Below are positions 1-14,894 of a stretch of 64,000 bases of DNA, one piece after another. The first letter of the stretch is position 1, and each line of letters begins with the position of its first letter. Source of the DNA: the human T2T-CHM13v2.0 reference genome, Homo sapiens; the NCBI RefSeq assembly GCF_009914755.1, contig NC_060925.1; one strand, written 5' to 3'. The position numbers and the translations under genes are program-made. Under the pieces are notes generated by a model, which saw only the letters and a program-made list of their open reading frames with translations, was not told where the DNA came from and searched no databases.

Positions 1-420
1 GGCTTTATTTTGAAATGGGTCATTCACATCTGCACTTTGTTGCCCTGTGTTAATGCATATTTTATGTGTCAGGTGAGAGATGAAGAGGGAGAAATGTGAA
101 AAACCAAGTGTAGAAAATTTATGATGCCTCTTTTAGGATCATAAAACTAACAGAGGAGACTGGCGTTTGTGCAGAGGCCTGGGCTGTCATCTAAGTGAAT
201 AATCCGCTGAAAAGGTTTCGGCTTGGATTGTCCTGACTGCAAAGACCTTCGTCCCATGAGGACCTGAGTGACCAGGGCTTGAGCAGAGGAAGAGGGAATT
301 TCAGCTTCTCCTTGTGCACAGGAGGAGCCCGTGGCCGAGGGGTCGCCAGTGTAGTGTAATAGACGGAATTCCCTTCTTCCTGCTGGGAATGATTCCGGTG
401 GGTGTGAATCTGTGTCGCAG

Positions 421-661
421 GAGCTGCGATCCCGGGAAGAGGAGCTGACTCGGGCGGCTCTGCAGCAGAAGTCTCAGGAGGAGCTGCTAAAGCGGCGTGA
501 GCAGCAGCTGGCAGAGCGCGAGATCGACGTGCTGGAGCGGGAACTTAACATTCTGATATTCCAGCTAAACCAGGAGAAGCCCAAGGTAAAGAAGAGGAAG
601 GGCAAGTTTAAGAGAAGTCGTTTAAAGCTCAAAGATGGACATCGAATCAGTTTACCTTCAG
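421..661 (+). CDS. MAP3K21: MAP3K21/MLK4 internal coding exon (probably exon 5): leucine zipper, basic region, first half of CRIB
   Basis: Acceptor tgtgtcgcag|GAG and donor TCAG|gtatga. Encodes [80 protein letters not shown], the MLK-family zipper/basic/CRIB sequence. 241 nt. Confidence 0.96.
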
Positions 662-1783
662 GTATGATCTTGTTTTTATGTTTTTGAAAGATTTTTGTGT
701 GTCCTCCTTTTAATCAGTTTTCTTTGTTCATCAGAACCAGGAAAGAGATAGGGAAGTAACTTTGTAAAACAGTGAATGAATGAGTATCTTCAGCTGTAGG
801 CTTAGATTCATGGTTCTAATGTAATGGCCTAATGAGATTCCATGTAGGAAACAGCATTAGGAGCACGTGGTAGTCACAGCACACGAGGATCTAACCCTCA
901 GCGTACTTTCATATTGATGGATTAACTGATTGACTCCTTTTGAAATTGAAGCAGAACCATTTTTTAGCTGAGCGTACTGAGCCAATGTCATGTGGCATTG
1001 TGAAGATGCAAAACAACGAAACTGTTAATATTTCATCATTACGTTCATTGCTTCCACAAGGATCTAGGATGTCATCTGGTATCTGGGACACTGATATTGT
1101 TGTCAGCACTTTCAATAAAATATATCAAGTACCCTGAGGTACTTTCCCATGAAGGTTTAAAATCCTTCAGACACAAAAATCACCCAGTAAATCTAGGGAA
1201 GCTTTTTTAAACATTGTGATAACAACATACAAGGATTACTAAATCATTTTAGTAATGTGTTAGGAGAAACTAAAGGGAATAGAAAATATATCAATCAATC
1301 AATACATATAGATATTATTGACTGATAATCAAAATATATCGATCAATATAGCAGACATAGCTTGATTCACTAAATTAAGTTCTTTAATATTATATATTCT
1401 ACTTGTTGTAAGGAAAAAACAAATACCTCCATGGTATTTTGTGATTCTTTCTAGTACCAGAGCAGGATGATGACAGAGCAATGCAGACTTCACTTTTATA
1501 GAATCTGTATGAAATATCTCTATGTCTATGTCTATACCTGCCTATGTGTTATATGTATTATATATTAGAGTGCTCGGACGGATTCTAGTGTTTTCCTAAG
1601 ATGTTTGTTAATGGCATGGTAATTTGATTTAAAGTGCAACAGTGACAGTTTTGTTTTATGTCGAGTGTGTATAAATTGCCTTATAAAATATGTATTATGA
1701 AACACTGGAAAGCTTGCAGAATCCTGTGACTAATTTAGGTTATTGCAGATGTCCTCAGTTGATCAAAAAATTGCTAGTATGAC

Positions 1784-2450
<667 letters not shown>

Positions 2451-3554
2451 TTATTGATTATTTGGTTTGATGGGGTGAGAATAGACTGTGGATCCTTATC
2501 ACTTTTACCTTCAACCTCTCTGGGGTTGGGTGTTGGGGGAAGGTCCTTTTCCAGGCTCTCTTCTGATGTTTTCCTTAGCTGGAGTGTTGCTTGCAGGGTC
2601 ACTGACTGGTCTGTCTTACGTGTCAGTCAGCCATAGAGAATAGACTATTTATTTATGATGAGGCTTCTGCCTTCACACATAGAGGAAAGAAAAATCCAGA
2701 GGTGCACTAGATGTGAGTTTTCTTCTCCATTTTTCAGTTATGTCAGTTTTCTTCTAGCTGTGATTTGATTGTGTTATCCAAATTAATATTTATTGTTTCC
2801 CTTGGGAAACTTTGGGGAAGGTGGAAAGGATTAAGAAGCTGATGGAAAGGGAAGTAAATTTGGGATAAAAAATGAAAATCGTTCCAATGATTCTTTCCTC
2901 TTCAGTGGTAAAATGATTAAATCAAAATCTTAGCATTCCTGAGGTCAGATTTTCAGTCTTGCTTTTCTTCTCAAATGTTCCTTGGCTAATACCCTGAGTT
3001 TATTCAAAGCAGACTGAATATTATTTGACTATTTTTACCTGAGTTGTTTTTTTAATTCCTGTATTGTATTATACAGCTTTTCTTTTCCTGAGAAGAGAGG
3101 AGAAATTTTAGTTACACATTTATTTACTTTTTGGCACTTAATGAAAGATTCCAGTTAAAACATAACCAAGAAATCTACTGCTATAATCCTGACCCATCAC
3201 CAAGGAATGAAATTTGGTTTCTGGAATTTTTAGCATGACAGTTACCTCTTCTGCCCACAAGATGGCACTACATTATCATCTTAATATTAATAATACTGGT
3301 ACCAATATGGAAATTTCTATTAGAATGCTCCAACCCTAAACTCACACACATGCACGCATATTTACTTGTACAATATCCTAGAATGGGACAGACATCCAAA
3401 AAGGGAAATGATAACTATAAAAATAATTATTTTTTTCTTGGAGAATTCCGCTTAGTATAGAAGAGAAAGCAAGCATGTGTAACTTAAAATCCAGGGAGTT
3501 AGTTGCATTCAATATTATCTGCTAGAAAATTCTTTAAGTTAGTATTGTTTAATA

Positions 3555-4868
3555 GGGGAAACAATTCAGGACATGGGCCTAGGCAAAAATTTTATGACTT
3601 AAGACTTCAAAAGCTCAGGCAACAAAAAACAAAAATAGACAATTGGGACTATATTGAACCGAAAAGCTTCTGCACAGCAAAGGAAACAATCAACAGAGTG
3701 AAGAGACCACCTGTAGAATGGGAGAAGATATTAGTCAACTATTCATCTGACAAGGGACTAGCACAGAATATACACAGAACTCGAATAACTCAATGGCAAA
3801 AACACAAATAATTTGATTTAAAATTGGACAAAGGAACTGAATAGACATTTCTCAAAAGAAGACATAAAAATGGCCAGCAAGCATATGAAAAAATGCTTAG
3901 CATCGCTAATCCTCAGGGAAATGCTAATGAAAATCACAGTGAGCTAGCTCACCTTAGTTAGAATGGCTGTTATCAAAGAGACGAAAAATAGTAAATGTTG
4001 GTGAGGATGTGGAGAAAAGGGAACTCTTACACACATTCTCTTGTAATTTTGTCTTTGAGAATTATTGCTGATCATTTTAAATCTTATGGCTATCTATAGC
4101 TAATGGAAGTGTAAGTTAGTACAGCCATTGTGGAAAACAGTATGGAGGTCTCTCAAAAAAAAAACTAAAAATAGAACTGCTGTATGATCCAGGAATTCCA
4201 CTACCAGGTGTTTACTCAAAGGAAAGAAAATCTGTATATCAAAGGGATGTCTGCAATCCCATGTTTATGGCAACACTATTCACAATGACAAAGATAAGGA
4301 ATCAATCTAAGTGTCCATCAATGGATGAATGAATTAAGACAATGTGGTGTGTTTACCTGATGGAACACTATTCAGCCATAAAAAAGAATAAAATTCTATC
4401 TTTTGTGGCAACGTGGATGAGCCTGGATGACATTATGTTAAGTGAAGTAAGTCAGGCACAAGAAAATAAATACTGCATGTTCTCACATATATGTGGGAGC
4501 GAAAAAAATTGGAGTCCGTGGAAATAGAGAGTAGAATTGTGGTTATTGGGGTGGGAAGGGCTTGAGGGGAGGGGAGGTTGCAGAGAGGTTAGTTAATGGA
4601 TACCAAAGTACAGCTAGGTAGGAGGAATGAGTTCTGGTATTCTGCAATACTATAGGGTGAATATGGTTAACTGTAATTTATTGTATATTTTCAAAAAGCC
4701 AGAAGAGAGGATATTGAATGTTCACAACACAAAGAAATGATCAATACCCAAAGTAATACATATGCTAATTACTCTGACTTGATCATTATATATTGTAAAC
4801 AAGTACCAAAATATCACTCTGTACCCCATAAATATGTATAATTTTTATGGGTCAACAAAAAGACGAAG
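3555..4868 (+). mobile_element. L1 3' fragment (L1MA-like; ORF2 end + 3' UTR)
   Basis: Decayed ORF2 peptide [33 protein letters not shown], and a typical L1M 3' end (ctgtaccccataaatatgta). Confidence 0.9.
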
Positions 4869-5945
4869 AGAAACAAATTCTAATACTGTTAAATGGCACA
4901 CTGTTCAGGGAGAAACGTGATAAGTGGTAGATGGAACAGCGATGCTGTCCTTTCATGGAGTTACCAACTTCTTGAACTCCTTTTGCAGGATTTTTCCCTA
5001 TGCATAATAAGCTTAGAGAATTTCTCCGAAACATATTCTAGAGTCCTCCAAGCTGACCTTTAATATTTGTGCCTGCAGATCTTTCAAAAACTTGGTATTA
5101 AATATGAATCATTACATTCTCTTGTAACTTTGTCCTCGAGAATTACTGCTGATCGTTTTTAATCTTATGGGTATTTATAGCTATGGTGATTTAGTGATAG
5201 AAACCTCAAAAGTGATTTTTTTTTCCTCCTGGAATTTCTTCATGGCTGGCTACCAAATAAGGAAGATTAATGCTTAAAAAGTAAGACAGTAATAATCTAG
5301 GATAATAATTTTAAAACAATACTTTGTGATTATGTAGTATTTTTCTTGGAATTTGCAAGAGAAAAAAGCATGGTCACAGTGCATCTTTTTATTTTGTGAG
5401 TACTCTATATTGATTGCTCCTTCTGTTTATGTTTACTTTTAACTGAAGTTGTGTTTTTTGGACACGTTAATACAAGACAAAAGCTTTAAAGCCTCCAAAA
5501 GTTGGTATGTCACTAAAGCAGTGGCATTCTAACTTTGATTGCTTCAGAAGTGTCCAAAGCCTGCAAAAACCATCTACCTCACAGGTATGCGAGTGAGTAG
5601 AAGGGTGGATGGGAGAGAGCATATAACCTCACCTGGATTCTTTAGAGAATACATTCCTTTTCATCTGCAAATGGAAGCCTCCCACTGAGGCAATTAGCTT
5701 TGTTAGTGAAATATTCATATTGCCAGCAAAAATACTAGGATAGGTTTTACTCAAGCCTGTGATTGAACTATAGCTGCTATGACCAGGCATCTTGAGAACC
5801 ATTATTCTAGTGAGTACAAAGAAAATCTGAGCACAGGCCACAGGCATTTTAACAATTCAGCTTTAGTTTTCCCAAATGTTTAGCTGGCACAGACTCAACC
5901 TTTCCCTACTTCAAAGGGACAAGGATGTTTACGATAAAGAATGTT

Positions 5946-6242
5946 GGCTGGGCGTGGTGGCTCATGCCTGTAATCCCAGCACTTTGAGAGGCCAAGGCAG
6001 GCAGATCACCTGAGGTCAGGAATTCGAGACCAGCCTGGCCAACATGGAGAAACCCCATCTCTATTAAAAGTACAAATATTAGATGGGCGTGGTGGCAGGC
6101 ACCTGTAATCCCAGCTACTCAGGAGGCTGAAGCAGGAGAACTGTTTGAACTCAAGAGGCAAGGTTGCAGTGAGCTGAGATCTCGCCACTGCACTCCAGCC
6201 TGGGTGACAGGAGCAAGACTCCGTCTCAAAAAAAAAAAAAAA
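5946..6242 (+). mobile_element. Alu (AluS-type)
   Basis: Full dimer with A tail. TSD aaagaatgtt. Confidence 0.93.
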
Positions 6243-6737
6243 GAATGTTTTCTTTCTGTTTACAACATAAAGTATGCTTTTCAAGTGGAAGTATTTAGGT
6301 GTTTTTGGAAGGTTGGAAGCACTCTGAATCTTAGGTGTTGTTAAAATGCAGCCTTGTATCTTTGCTGCTCTCACCCGTGGCTTTCCACGTGTTCCATGTT
6401 GGTTTCCTGATCTGTGCTTAGTATTTATTGTCCCATCATTTGTTCCAAATAACTTGTCAATCAGATCCTGTGGCTTGGTTCTTGGCTTTCTTCTGCTATT
6501 GACAGGAGGGCTCCTCTTGCTGTAAAAGTTCTCAGAGCATTTGTTTCTGTCGTGTTGTAACAATCAGGTGGCTAGCTGAACATTTATAAATGACTTTAGT
6601 CTAAACTGTTTCCTTTCTATGGTTAAGAATTTTTTTTCTTTGACCACCTCTTTCCCCCAACTACCACCACCTAGTCTAGTCAATTTTTTACCTCAACTGC
6701 TCTGCCCTGGTCAAGTCTTTCAAAAGGAATGACTTGG

Positions 6738-7035
6738 GGCTAGGTGCAGTGACTCACGCCTGTCATCCCAAGCACTTTCAGAGGCCAAGGCAGGTGGATT
6801 GCTTGAGCCCAGGAGTTCAAGACCAGCCTGGGCAACATGGTGAAACCCCATTTCTACAAAAATATACAAAAATTAGCTGGGCATAGTGGTGCATGCCTGT
6901 AGTACCAGCTACTCAGAAGGCTGAGACAGGAAAATTGCTTGAGCCAGGGGAGGTCAAGGCTGCAGTGGACTGAGATTGCACCACTGCACTCCAGCCTGGA
7001 TAACAGAGTAAAATCTTGTCTTTAAAAAAAAAAAA
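6738..7035 (+). mobile_element. Alu (AluJ-type)
   Basis: Dimer with J-type ttgagcccaggagttc / gaggtcaaggctgcagtg. Confidence 0.88.
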
Positions 7036-7534
7036 GTATGACTCAGCAGATGGAGGAGCCTCCCATTTGGTCTTTCCTTTCCGTTTGGTTTGTCTTCCAA
7101 ATCTCCTCCAGCCTGCTGTGTATTCCTCAGCAACTCACTTCAAGCACCAGCCTGATCCTGTAGATGAACCCTGCATAACTTTCTCCGTCAACAAACACCT
7201 GAGGATCTGCTGTGTCCCCAGTACTAGGGGTGATTATAAAACATATATGCAGTCTCTGCACTCATGTTTCCCACAGAGAAAGTACTCATTCAGCAAAGTT
7301 TTCTAAGTACCTGTAATGTGCAAGGCACTGTGCCAGTCTGAAGTCATGGAGACTGTCATGGTCACTGCCCATAGAGCACTTACCTTATATTGAGGGAGGG
7401 GGCAGAACTTAAGCTAATAATTCAATACTTATTTGCTTCTATAATCATTAGCTGCTGTGAGGGAAAAGTCACATGACAGTGACTAGTGCAGAGATGTAAC
7501 CTGGTCTAAGGTGATCATAGAAGGCTTCCTAACG

Positions 7535-7884
<350 letters not shown>

Positions 7885-7898
7885 TCAGTGTGGTTTGA

Positions 7899-8218
7899 AC
7901 AGGGTTCAGCACACTGCCCTATGGGCCCAATCCCGCCTCTACCCGCTTTGTACAGCCATGAGCTCAGAATGGTTTTTACACTTTTAAATGCTTGAAAAAA
8001 ATCAAAGAGGAAGAAGAATACTTCATTGCACCTGACATGATATGAAACTGATATGAAATTTCAATATCCATAAAGATCATTTTACTGGGACACATTCATC
8101 TTTGTGTTGACTGTGGCTGCTTTCTCTCACATCAGCAGAGTCAGGCAGTTGTTACAGAGACTGTGTGGCTCACAGAGCCTAAAATGGGGCATTTTGCAGA
8201 AGAAGTGAGCTGACCCCT
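7899..8218. mobile_element. MER58B-like hAT-Charlie DNA transposon fossil
   Basis: caggg...gacccct termini, internal gagctcagaatggtttttacacttttaaatg. Confidence 0.65.
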
Positions 8219-9695
8219 CTTCCAGGCTGTGACGAGTGAGAGGAGAATAGGGCAAGATGAGGCTGGAGCAGAAAGAAGAACTCAGGCTCAGGTTTGCAGG
8301 GACTTCCAGAATGTGTTACAGTTTTAATCTGTAACTTAAGAATCATGAGAGGCCTTTGAAGGATTTTAAGCAGGGGAATGACATGTCAGTCAGGCATATT
8401 AAAAATGCATCTGGCTGCTGTGAAGTGGACTTGGGGGGCCAAATGTGGATGCAGGAAGATGGACACAAGGCATTGTAGCAGGCTAGGGATGACATGGTGA
8501 TTGGCCGTGCAGATGGAGAGAACAAAAGGAAAAAAACATTTATTGAGCATTTATTATGTCCCAACCCCTGTGGTAAGTACTTTTTATACTTCTTTGCACT
8601 GAATTTTTCATAGCAGTCCTGTGAAATAGGAATAATTAGTTCTTTTCCATTTTTGTCAGTAAAGATACTGAGACTTCAAGACCTTAAGTTACTTTCTTGA
8701 AATTCATATGGCTGTGGTAGAAATGGGATTCAGATCTAAGTTTGCTAACTCCATAACCTGGAATATAAATTTCTCTACTGCAGAAAAATATATAGCACAG
8801 AATTTACCTGATATTTTGTGCTTGGTGGATATGTAGGGTAACAGAAAAGACAATATCAAGAAAAGTATTCAGATTTCTAGTATGAATAATTGGATAGCTG
8901 TCCTTGCCTACCAACTTCCAAATCCTCTTCATCTCAAATAGCAGTTCATTCATTAAAGTTCTTTAAAGTATAACTTCCAAAAAGGTAAGTTATAGGTCTC
9001 TTGCAAATATGAAATGAACATATGTCAAAGATTTTTATTAAACTCATTAATCGTTGAGGAATCAGGTAGAACCAGTTCAAATGAGAATTTGAGGAGTGAG
9101 ATATTTATGGGCAAATTAATAGAGGAATGCAGGATTAGATTGCTGGGTTAAACGCAGACCTGGTTGATGTCTAATATGGCAATGAACCATTTGGGATTGT
9201 CTTTTTCTCCAGACGGAAGTTATTTGCATCATCACCAGACAAAATCTACAAGTTAACCTCTGCTCTTACCTAGTTATAAAAATAACTCAGTCCATAGAAA
9301 AGCAATCAATCAAAGCTTAAGCTCAGCTCTGCACTGAAAGAATATCCAGTAATGTCTTTTACCTCCTTCCAAGTTGTTAATGATTTTCCTGATAGTTTAT
9401 AAAGTTTCCCCAGACACACCCCTCTTTCCTCTGGTAATATTGCTTTCTCTTCCATATGAACCTATAGATCTTGGTATATCTCTACCATATTACAGTTAGA
9501 TAATAAGAGCCAGCATTTGTAGAATGCCTAGAGCACAAAATGCTTTTAATTTACATTTTCTGTTTTATTCAACACCACGACCACCATGTGAAATATTGTT
9601 GTTCACTTTAGCAGGTGAAGAAACAGGCTCAGAGCAGTTCCTTACTGGTTTGAGGTCCATAGCGTGTTATGTTATGAGAACCAGGACTCATTTAA

Positions 9696-10026
<331 letters not shown>

Positions 10027-10114
10027 TTAATTTTAACTATCTCAGACTGAATGCAGATAACTCTTTTTTCCCAGGTTATAAATTCTTCAATGATTCGTGG
10101 CTTTCATATTTTCC

Positions 10115-10116
<2 letters not shown>

Positions 10117-10158
<42 letters not shown>

Positions 10159-10160
10159 TG
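10117..10160 (+). repeat. (TG)n microsatellite
   Basis: About 17 perfect TG units plus an interrupted extension. Confidence 0.95.
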
Positions 10161-10404
10161 ACTATATCCAACATATAAGCTCTGATTCATTATTTGTGTG
10201 ACTATATCCAACATATAAGCTCAGAATCATTATTTATTGACCTGAACCCCGAGAAGTAAGAAACCAAAATAAGAAATCGATCCTGCAATATTCTTTGCAG
10301 TTAGGGTCTGACCATTTTTGTTTTTATTGCTGTGTGCTAAATACATGGCTATGAAGATAAAGGAAAACCATGAAATACCAGTTCTCCCTTTTTGCCTCCA
10401 ACAG

Positions 10405-10527
10405 ATTTCCAGCACAAGATAACCGTGCAGGCCTCTCCCAACTTGGACAAACGGCGGAGCCTGAACAGCAGCAGTTCCAGTCCCCCGAGCAGCCCCACAA
10501 TGATGCCCCGACTCCGAGCCATACAGT
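10405..10527 (+). CDS. MAP3K21: MAP3K21 coding exon (probably exon 6): second half of CRIB, Ser/Pro-rich segment
   Basis: Acceptor ccctttttgcctccaacag|AT and donor AGT|gtgagc. In frame with the previous exon: (D)[40 protein letters not shown]. 123 nt. Absent from the supplied ORF track. Confidence 0.95.
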
Positions 10528-10565
10528 GTGAGCTTTCTGCACTGCCACGGGGGCTCCTGTGTTGA
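10528..10565 (+). CDS. MAP3K21: Alternative C-terminus by donor read-through ([12 protein letters not shown]), MLK4alpha-type short isoform
   Basis: The frame continues past the donor to TGA at 10563-10565. Downstream exons encode 478 aa. With the established 1036-aa long form, Q is residue 558 and 558+12=570, the reported MLK4alpha length. Confidence 0.8.
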
Positions 10566-12552
10566 CTTCTCTCCTTTCACTTGACTTGGATTCAAATTGA
10601 GCAGATGTGTTTTCATAGCAGGTTGTAGATGAGTGTAGGACATTTCGTAGGTGCCACAACTATTTGAGAAACAAAACTTGAGCATAGGTTCCTTAGTCTA
10701 ATTTTCTTCTACTCACAAAAAATGAATTTTAGATGCTATGCAGTTGGTGATGCGACCTGGCCCCGGAGTAGAAAGTGAAACACCACATCTCGAGACATTC
10801 TGTTAAACACTTGCACGCAACGTTAGCATAACCTAATTCTATCATCAGCCATTTGTGTCAGGGTACTTTGAAAAATGAAATCAGGAATTCAGGATTACTT
10901 CTGTTTCTTTCTTTGTTTCGTGAGGGGAAAAAATTTTTGCTTTTCAGGATTTAACTTTAATTCACTTTAGGTTTGACCAACCTAATACTTAAAAATTCCT
11001 TGTAGTGTTTTGGTTTTAGAACAAGCATTCATCCTGGAGGAGACAGTACAGACAGCTGATTCGCCTGGCACCTTTGCATTGTGAGAGTTTCAGTTAGGCT
11101 ATGAATCAGAATGTAGCGGATGAAATAAAATTACTAATTTTTTTCAAAGGTGAGTCCAGATAAACCCCTAAAAGTAGGCTAAGCGAAAGAAGAATGTGAT
11201 TAATGCGTATGTCTGTAAGTAATGTGGTAATTAGCCTAAGTCTGTGGTAAACCATTCATTTGGATCCTCTCCTTCCTCCACCAAACTTAATTCCCTGCTG
11301 TTTACTCATCCTTATTTGGAGAAAAAAAAAATCCAAAAGAAAATTTTGTCTAATGAGGCTTGCATGGAATCTCATTTTTTTTTCCTCTTTTGATAATGAA
11401 AACCTTGGCACCAGCAGAGATTTCTTTTGCAAGTTCTCGGACACCAGGATCCCCACAGAGAAACTGGATCTAAATGAGGCTGTAGTTTTAGAGCTTAAAG
11501 GACTGTCATTTATTATAACTGATTTGGTTTTCTGAGAATGCATTTTGCATAAAACCGTACCTCAAACCTTGCCTTTGCCTAGGCAAAGGCCTAATTAACG
11601 GAGAGAGAAAGGGTCCCAGGCTGGTCTCCCAGCTCCACGAAGGGATGAGCAGATGGGACACCGTGCCACCCCTGCTTTTGCCTGGCCACTCCTCTGCCCT
11701 CTTTCCTGTGTCTTCACCTTCTGCTCTGGGGAAAACCACCTCACAGAAGCCAGGAAGTGGTACTGGGAAGGCCTGGCTGGGCCCAAGATGTGTACCAGTT
11801 AAAGTAAATAATTTGGGACTTCAAATGAATTCCAACCCTCCAAAGTTGAAATGCAGCCAGCTTAGGGAGGCGCATCCTTGGCGCTCCTTCTCAGAAGTAA
11901 CATGGTGGAAAGGTTCTAATCGAGACAGTCCACACAGGGCCAGCTTTGTGTGTGGCAGCTGTTGGCTCAAGTTCTCCAGCCTGGATGTTGCTCATCTTCA
12001 TTGTGACCCTGGGTGCTCCAAGAATGCCTCTTGTCTTCATGTGTGTGCACACCCCCATTCAATTCTGACAGCCTCATTGAGTGGACCCTTTTATGATCCC
12101 CAAATGCGGGACAGAGAAGTTACCATTAAGCTGACCCAAGTTGGTAGCTACTAACTGGTGAAGCTGGATTCAGACACATCTGAGTGTAGATTTCACCATC
12201 CGTTTCCGGCCTCTTAGTACAGGAAAAGTTCAATCAATGTGGAAACAAAAGAGAAACCAGAGGAGCAAATCAAGAGGGGAAGGAAAGTAGGAAGGGACGA
12301 AGGTGAGGAGACTAAAGCCGAGAGTGTAGATAGCTCTGGGAGTGTAGATCAGTCAGTCAGTCATATAGCCGAGATGAACTTGGGTCTAATAACCCCCAGC
12401 TGAAAGCTTTTCCGGTTCTGCTGCCCTCACTTAAATGAAAACTGCTGATCCGTTTATCTGTCATTCTACTGTAAAACTCTTTTAATAAAAAGAATGAACA
12501 GCTGATTCAAGATTGTTACACATGCACACTTACATTTAGGCATGCATCTACA

Positions 12553-12840
<288 letters not shown>

Positions 12841-13315
12841 TAAGCACATTTATATGCACAGACACGTGTATATACACACATATATGTGTATTTTAAAATT
12901 TGGAAAATATTGAAACACATGTAAGTAACCAAACATCATCCACAATGTGTCCAATTTTACAAAGTGATATAAAGGAGTTAAATTTCCCTCTACATAGCAA
13001 TCCTCTCTATTAAATTTAAACACTTTAGTAAGTTTGGTATCTGTGTTTAGTAACTTCTCCTCTGTGTATGTATGTGTGTATATACAGGCATCTATAAACA
13101 CATAATTTTTAATGAAAATGTATTTATTATATGTAATATTAAATATAATATAAACATTATGTATCATCTGTACCTCATTTTTATTATGGTCACAGAGTAT
13201 TCCATTGTATATCATAATATTTCAAACTGTTTTTAGAACATCTAGTATGTTTCAGATATTTTTCCCCTAAGTGTGTAGTAATAATAGCAATTTTCCCCAG
13301 TGATTTCCAAATCCC

Positions 13316-13635
<320 letters not shown>

Positions 13636-14282
13636 TAGAGGGACAGCATCTAAGTGTTTAGCAAAATGTGGATATTAAAGAGGAATATACATCGTCCTGT
13701 GAGGTAGTGAAAAAAGCAAGACATGGAAAACTGTTAAATATTTTCAAGTTTTAAAAGGCAACCGTAACCAAAGTGTTGTCATGACTGAGCAAAATTGTGA
13801 TGACCAAAAAATAAAGAAAGAAATAAATTGTGACGACTTATGAAAAATTAGTTGAAATTACAATTTAAAAATATATGATGTTTGTGCCTCTAGGTCAAAA
13901 CTTTAACTGATTTGGTTAAAAAATTAGAGTACTAAGTTCATTTTAAGTTACATGTTTAGTTTGGTGATTTCCCTCCCAATTACAATGAAATCCTAATTGT
14001 TGCAAAATGCTAAATAAATAGATTAAAAAGTAATCAAATCTTTGCTGCTAATTTACCTCGAATTTGTATCTTTTCTGTTAACTTACTCCATTTTTCTTGA
14101 TGTTTTTATGATCAGAGAAAGAAACTTACCAGAGATTGGGTGAAATAAATAATTTTCTCATTGTTTTCATGTTTTGAGTAAGGTAGTTTCACAACTGATA
14201 TGATTCATTTAGCTTTTTTAACAAAGCCAATATTGGTTAATATGATTGTTGTGGTTAATATGGTTAATAATGTTCTTTTTAG

Positions 14283-14433
14283 TGACTTCAGATGAAAGCA
14301 ATAAAACTTGGGGAAGGAACACAGTCTTTCGACAAGAAGAATTTGAGGATGTAAAAAGGAATTTTAAGAAAAAAGGTTGTACCTGGGGACCAAATTCCAT
14401 TCAAATGAAAGATAGAACAGATTGCAAAGAAAG
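14283..14433 (+). CDS. MAP3K21: MAP3K21 coding exon (probably exon 7)
   Basis: Acceptor ttctttttag|TG and donor AAG|gtacgt. Encodes (L)TSDESNKTWGRNTVFRQEEFEDVKRNFKKKGCTWGPNSIQMKDRTDCKE. The KKKGxTWGP motif is typical of MLKs. 151 nt. Confidence 0.95.
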
Positions 14434-14796
14434 GTACGTGTGTGGTATCTGGTGGTATTCATTGTGTAATATGACAAATCCATTCCTGTGTTAATATCAC
14501 ATCAGCCAGACTTTCAAAAAGCAAGTAAATTAATAGAGAGATTTATAAATATCAACAATTTTCTAGGATGAATTTATCATGCTAAATTAACTATTATTTA
14601 GTTAAGCAGTTAGAATATTTCTGAGATTTTTCCTGTCTCACTTTCAGGTATTATTTGTACTTTGTCAGCCCTTCAAAACTGAGTACAAATGTGTTCTCTT
14701 TACTACCTTAAAAATATTGTTGGTCTGTATCCACCAAAACCTAATTGGTGTGTTGTGTGCTTCTATCTTATGAAAAGAAACATTTTTCTCTTGTAG

Positions 14797-14894
14797 GATA
14801 AGACCTCTCTCCGATGGCAACAGTCCTTGGTCAACTATCTTAATAAAAAATCAGAAAACCATGCCCTTGGCTTCATTGTTTGTGGACCAGCCAG
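14797..14894 (+). CDS. MAP3K21: MAP3K21 coding exon (probably exon 8)
   Basis: Acceptor tttttctcttgtag|G and donor CAG|gtaaat. Encodes (R)IRPLSDGNSPWSTILIKNQKTMPLASLFVDQP. 98 nt, phase-compatible with both neighbours. Confidence 0.93.

Noticed and set aside
3503-3811. ORF with L1 ORF2 similarity
   Set aside because: Decayed L1 fragment, not a functional gene.
6006-6563. 185-aa minus-strand ORF and the many similar ORFs (e.g. 1868, 25688, 58700)
   Set aside because: Largely antisense Alu translations with no splice or homology support.
11645-12154. 169-aa intronic ORF
   Set aside because: No recognisable domain or clear splice sites; probably chance.
14283-14291. In-frame alternative acceptor 9 nt downstream (tgacttcag)
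   Set aside because: The first AG after the pyrimidine tract is normally used; nothing in the sequence shows use of the second.
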